Assembly: GCA_963729605.1 (NCBI GenBank)
Contig: CAVSNY010000003.1
Span: forward strand, 288,001 to 352,000
Direction of reading: 5' to 3'
Length of the DNA: 64,000 bases
Origin: an uncultured Gammaproteobacteria bacterium
GTDB lineage: Bacteria; Pseudomonadota; Gammaproteobacteria; DRLM01
Each line of letters begins with the position of its first letter. The first letter of the stretch is position 1. The position numbers and the translations under genes were made by a program. This document shows positions 60,090 through 64,000 of this stretch, piece by piece. The notes beneath the pieces are model-generated. The model was given only the letters and a program-made list of their open reading frames with translations, made no database searches and had not been told where the DNA came from.

Positions 60090-60748
60090 GACAATGCCTC
60101 CAAACCCAAGGTCGCCAAGCTCGCGCCGGGCGCCTTGCCCGCCAGCGCCTCTTTGTTTTTGAGATAACTCATGAACAGGCTGCCGCCCTTGTGGCTGAAG
60201 CCGAGATCGTCCACCGACAACACCCGCATGCCGAGACTCACCTTGGCGCGGATGGGATTGAGCAGCGGGTCGAAGGCCTCTTCGGTGACGGAAAACTCCG
60301 TGATACGCACCGGCACCGCACGCTGCTTGCTCCAGACGAAGATCGTGAGCGCCGCCTCCATCGGCACGATCTCGAGCGCGCCGCCGCCGGCGAGCGTATT
60401 GTTCGCCTGCAAGGCACCGCTGCTCGGATAGATCAGCGTCTCCAGCGCCGCGAGTTGCGGGTGGATGCCGTGCTGTACGGCGGTGCGGTGTTGATCCGGG
60501 AATTCGAGCTGATCGGTCGCGTCGATTTCGGCCTCGAGCTTCAATGTCTCGATGGGCGGCCCCTTCACACGCAGCGCCTCGGAGCGGTCGCCGCCTTCGG
60601 CCGTGAAGGCCTGCACCTGCAAGGACCGATTCAAACTGTCGGGGTTGTATTGCAGCGAGATCACGCGCAGCACCTGGCCGCTGGACGGGTCCATCAACAC
60701 GAGGCCGCCTTTGAGCAGGGGAGGTGAGCCGGGAAACGTGGTCGTCAT
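60086..60748 (-). CDS. CIS tube-initiator-like protein
   Basis: LQYNPDSL.R, FVWS...VRITEFSVTEEAFDPLLNPIRAKVSL. Confidence 0.75.
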   Translation of the reverse strand: MTTTFPGSPPLLKGGLVLMDPSSGQVLRVISLQYNPDSLNRSLQVQAFTAEGGDRSEALRVKGPPIETLKLEAEIDATDQLEFPDQHRTAVQHGIHPQLAALETLIYPSSGALQANNTLAGGGALEIVPMEAALTIFVWSKQRAVPVRITEFSVTEEAFDPLLNPIRAKVSLGMRVLSVDDLGFSHKGGSLFMSYLKNKEALAGKAPGASLATLGLEALS

Positions 60749-60770
60749 GCCGTCATTCCTTTTGATCGAG

Positions 60771-63700
60771 TCAATCGAGCGGGCTCAGCCGGTTCTTTTC
60801 CACCGGGATGAACGGCGGTTTGAGTTGGTCGCGCACCTCTTTCATGGGGACCTGCTCGCCCGCGCGTTTCGCGATCTCCTCGCTGTAACGCGCGAGCCGG
60901 CGCTGATAGGCCTTCCAGTAATAGATCCACAAGGTCGCCGCGCGCGGGCCGTAACTCAGCCGCACCAGCTTGCGCCGCATCTTGGGATCGCGCACCTGGC
61001 TGCTGATCGAACGCTGCTCGGCCTCGATCGATGCCAGCCGCGACTCGACCGGTTCGAGCGCCTTGGCGTAGGCCGCCGCGTGCGCCTCGAGGTGCTCGAG
61101 CAGCTCGGCCGCGGCGATCGAGCTGCGTTTTTTGTCGCCGGCCAATTGTTGCTCGAGTGCCGCCCACGCGGCCGGCGCCTCTTCGTTCCAGAACTTGAGC
61201 GTCACGTCGTTGTGCATCTCGCGCATGCGTTCGGTGACGGCGAGGTAACGGTTGTGGAACGCAAAGGTAAGGCTGTCCTTCTTTTCCGAAGCCGGTCCGA
61301 ACAGCTTGGTCGTCGCCGTGGTCTGATAAAAATCCCACAACTTGCGCTGCGCCTTCTTGGGATCGTCGCCGACTATCGGCACGTCCTTGACGACGAAGGG
61401 CATGTCGAGCGGGCCGCTGATGAATGACGAACTCGCGATCTCGCCGATGAACTGGGTCTCGTCGCGCGGGCCGGGCGGATGCTGCTCCGTCTCGATGGTG
61501 ACCATGCCGGTCTCGTCGGAGACCTTCTTGGTTTCGGTGTAGGCCTCCCAGTCTTTGCGGATGTCGCGCCATTTCTCGGCGCTGAGCTCCTCGTAATGGT
61601 CGTTGTGGATGAGATAGGCCGGCAAATCGTCGCCGTCGATGACGAGCGCGATGTGCGCCGGCAGCAGGACGAAACGGAAACGCAGCTTGAGCTCGTTGCG
61701 CACCAGCGACAGGATATAGGCCGCGCGCAAGGCATAGACCCCGCAGTCATGCACCAGCTGGCCGCTCAGCGCGCGCGGGAAATCGCGGTTGAGATAGTTG
61801 TCGCCGATGTCGTAGACGTTGGTGTAGCGCGCGTGCTCGGTGAAGGCGCGCAGGTAGGTGAACAGCAGGTCGATGACGGCGTGCAGGGCCTCGGCGGGTT
61901 TGCGCCGCAGTCGGCGCGTGCCGGTCAGCGGCGGGTCGATCATGTCCTGGTATTTTTGCAGCACGAACTCGCGCCAGTCGTCGTCGCTGTGCAGGCGCAG
62001 ACGGCCGCCCTTGAGGTGCTTGAGCGTCTCGGCATTGCGTTCAGCGTCATCGCCGATGGGGCTGTCGAAGGGTTTTTCTCGCGGCAGGATATCCACCGCG
62101 CCGTAGATGCGCGCCAGCACGTTGATCTGATTTATGCGCGCCTGATAAAGCCGCTCCAGCGACATATGGAGTTCCCGCGCGACCTCGTGGCGCGGGTCGT
62201 AGGTCGTGATGGGTAGGGTGCGGCGCTTGGCCTGCTTGCCTTTGGCGAAGGGATCCGAGATCGTGCCGTGGCCGGCCTTCTTGATCCGGGTGCGCGTGAT
62301 GGGTATGCGCAGGCCCGCGATGTCCTTGCCGCGATCGCTGGGGAACAGCGCGGGCCGCAGCTCGCTGTCGAGTAGTTTGCGCATCAGCGCCAGCGTGGCC
62401 GAGCCTTGTTGATTTTCAAGCTCGGTCGCGGCACCGTCGATCATGGTTTGCAGCAGGGTCTCGATGCCGCCGCCGAACAGCAGCTCGAGCTGTTCGGTCA
62501 GTGCGTCATAATACTCGATGCGGGTCATCCACGGCCGCAGCACGATACCCCGGCCGTCCATGCGCCGCTCCCAGGCCAGCGCCTCGTAATCGATGGCGGC
62601 GATCGCGTCACGCAGCGGCACGAAGGCACGTACCAGGAATTTGAATGAAGCGGCGGTCGTGTCGGGGGTCGAGGTATCGATCGCCGCCACGGCAAGTTCA
62701 GTCAGCCGTTTAAAAAACTCCACGGTGCGGCGATCGGCGCCGGGGTCGTAGCCGGGCGAAAACGCGGCCTTTTCGCCGTAGTGGCGGCGCAGTTTGGCGC
62801 TTTCATCCGCCAAGCCGAGCTCGATCATACGCGCGGCCAATTCGATCATGAGATCGCGGCTGATGGTGCCGAGGTGAAAGCCGATGTCGGCGTCCATGAA
62901 TACGTCGAGCAGCTTCGGTATGTCGGCACTGCGCTTTTGATCGACGGCCTCGCACAGGGGCAACAAGGCCTTGAGTCCGCGATAATTGAGATGTTCGATG
63001 ACCAGGAAGGGCGATTGCGCGGCCTGCGCGGCCATGCGCTGGTCGTGGTCGGCGATGGCGTCGATCACGTATTGATAAAACTTGGTCGGTACGATCCCCG
63101 GTTTTTTCTTGCGTTGAATCACCGCGCCGCCGAAACCGGGCTGGGTCTGTTGCACGACGTGCGCGAGTTCGTGCGCGAGCAGATGACGGCCCTGCGGCGT
63201 GTGCGGCGAATAGCGCTGCGCCGCGAACACGATGTGTTCGCCCGCCGTGTAGGCAAATGCGGCGACCGCGTCGGCCGATGTGGCGGCGCGGCTGTCGGTG
63301 TGAATGCGCACGGCGCTGAAGTCGCGGCCGAAGCGCGCCTCCATGTAGCTGCGCGTGGCAGCATCGAGCGGTTGGCCCGCGCCGTCCAGGGCCTCGCGCA
63401 CCGAGGGCGGCACGGCGCTGATATCGCCGTCGCCGCTGGCCTTGCGCTGGATGCCGACTTCCTCTTTTTTCTTCGGTTCTTCTTTGAGATCGGGCGCGGC
63501 CTCGCCGAGCGGCTTGAGTTTGAGTTCCTCATCGAGCAGAGAAAAGGGTTTGGGTTTGAATTCGAACTTCGGCTGCGGCAATTGAAACGGCGAGGGCGCG
63601 GCATAAGGCGGCACGCCGCCGAGCTCCGGCAGCCGCGGCAACTCCTTTTGCAGCGGCAATAACCCGAAGCGTTGCAGCGCCTCGGGCGAGCCCGGTTTGT

Positions 63701-64000
63701 AGCGCAAGCCCGCACGGAAGCGCGCCTGCTCGGCCGCCATCTTCGCGTTCTCCTCGCGCAGCCGCTCGGTCTCGGTCTTCACCGGTTTTTTCTTGCCGCC
63801 GAGCTGCTCGCTGTAGCTGAAACTGATCATCGCCTTGGTCGGTTTGTCGACCGGCCCTTCGTAGGTGATCTTCACCTTGAGGCCGGGCGTGATCTTGTCC
63901 AGAGCGATCTCGGGGAGTTGGGCGGGCAGGGGCCGGTGCGTCGCGGCCAGCGCCGCAACGGCGCCCGCGGCGGCGGTGCCGGTGATGATCTTGCCCGGCA
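60771..64000 (-). CDS. Large DUF4157 (eCIS core domain) protein, 5'-truncated by the window; candidate effector
   Basis: Frame is open to the window edge; GQPLD...MEARFGRDFSAVRIH...LLAHELAHVVQQ, then VIQR and about 780 aa of C-terminal sequence. Confidence 0.88.
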   Translation of the reverse strand, partial: PGKIITGTAAAGAVAALAATHRPLPAQLPEIALDKITPGLKVKITYEGPVDKPTKAMISFSYSEQLGGKKKPVKTETERLREENAKMAAEQARFRAGLRYKPGSPEALQRFGLLPLQKELPRLPELGGVPPYAAPSPFQLPQPKFEFKPKPFSLLDEELKLKPLGEAAPDLKEEPKKKEEVGIQRKASGDGDISAVPPSVREALDGAGQPLDAATRSYMEARFGRDFSAVRIHTDSRAATSADAVAAFAYTAGEHIVFAAQRYSPHTPQGRHLLAHELAHVVQQTQPGFGGAVIQRKKKPGIVPTKFYQYVIDAIADHDQRMAAQAAQSPFLVIEHLNYRGLKALLPLCEAVDQKRSADIPKLLDVFMDADIGFHLGTISRDLMIELAARMIELGLADESAKLRRHYGEKAAFSPGYDPGADRRTVEFFKRLTELAVAAIDTSTPDTTAASFKFLVRAFVPLRDAIAAIDYEALAWERRMDGRGIVLRPWMTRIEYYDALTEQLELLFGGGIETLLQTMIDGAATELENQQGSATLALMRKLLDSELRPALFPSDRGKDIAGLRIPITRTRIKKAGHGTISDPFAKGKQAKRRTLPITTYDPRHEVARELHMSLERLYQARINQINVLARIYGAVDILPREKPFDSPIGDDAERNAETLKHLKGGRLRLHSDDDWREFVLQKYQDMIDPPLTGTRRLRRKPAEALHAVIDLLFTYLRAFTEHARYTNVYDIGDNYLNRDFPRALSGQLVHDCGVYALRAAYILSLVRNELKLRFRFVLLPAHIALVIDGDDLPAYLIHNDHYEELSAEKWRDIRKDWEAYTETKKVSDETGMVTIETEQHPPGPRDETQFIGEIASSSFISGPLDMPFVVKDVPIVGDDPKKAQRKLWDFYQTTATTKLFGPASEKKDSLTFAFHNRYLAVTERMREMHNDVTLKFWNEEAPAAWAALEQQLAGDKKRSSIAAAELLEHLEAHAAAYAKALEPVESRLASIEAEQRSISSQVRDPKMRRKLVRLSYGPRAATLWIYYWKAYQRRLARYSEEIAKRAGEQVPMKEVRDQLKPPFIPVEKNRLSPLD

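Larger units (their letters stand above)
44008..64000 (-). other. eCIS / contractile phage-tail-like gene cluster, distal part; continues beyond the window
   Basis: Co-oriented DUF4157, CIS tube-related, LysM, gp27-like, gp5-OB, PAAR-like, gp25, two baseplate J, wedge and DUF6519 genes. No capsid, terminase or T6SS membrane genes seen. Confidence 0.88.

Noticed and set aside
44008-64000. Prophage or T6SS interpretation
   Set aside because: No capsid, portal, terminase, integrase or TssJLM/ClpV genes in the window; DUF4157 and the gene set fit eCIS. The upstream part is unseen.

Overview
Chromosomal window from a GC-rich gammaproteobacterium, in four parts. (1) 1-781: the left end of a Tn4371-type ICE (att end plus a frameshifted integrase start) inserted into the A-tract of an IS5/IS427-group element. 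(2) 0.8-37.9 kb: mostly conserved housekeeping genes (purB-hflD-mnmA-nudJ-rluE, icd, cspD, clpS-clpA, infA, bpt-aat, tRNA-Ser, miaA-hfq-hflXKC-hisZ-purA, tRNA-Leu, rnr-rlmB, rsd, relA) plus several accessory or hypothetical genes. (3) 38.0-43.9 kb: a cyanase gene with an NrtA/CmpA-type ABC transporter operon, a sigma54 promoter, three palindromic candidate enhancer boxes and a divergent double-PAS FhlA-like activator. (4) 44.0-64.0 kb: the distal half of an extracellular contractile injection system (eCIS)-like locus. It encodes a DUF6519 beta-helix protein, a wedge protein, two baseplate-J proteins (one with an inserted PA14 domain), gp25, a PAAR-like tip, a split VgrG-like spike, LysM, a CIS tube-related protein and a large DUF4157 protein with a candidate transglutaminase/papain-like C-terminal domain. 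The eCIS intergenic spaces hold about 12 BoxC-like palindromes, two DUF559 nuclease relics and two tandem duplications. Several 1-2 nt frameshifts may be assembly errors. All family calls are by eye; no database searches were run.
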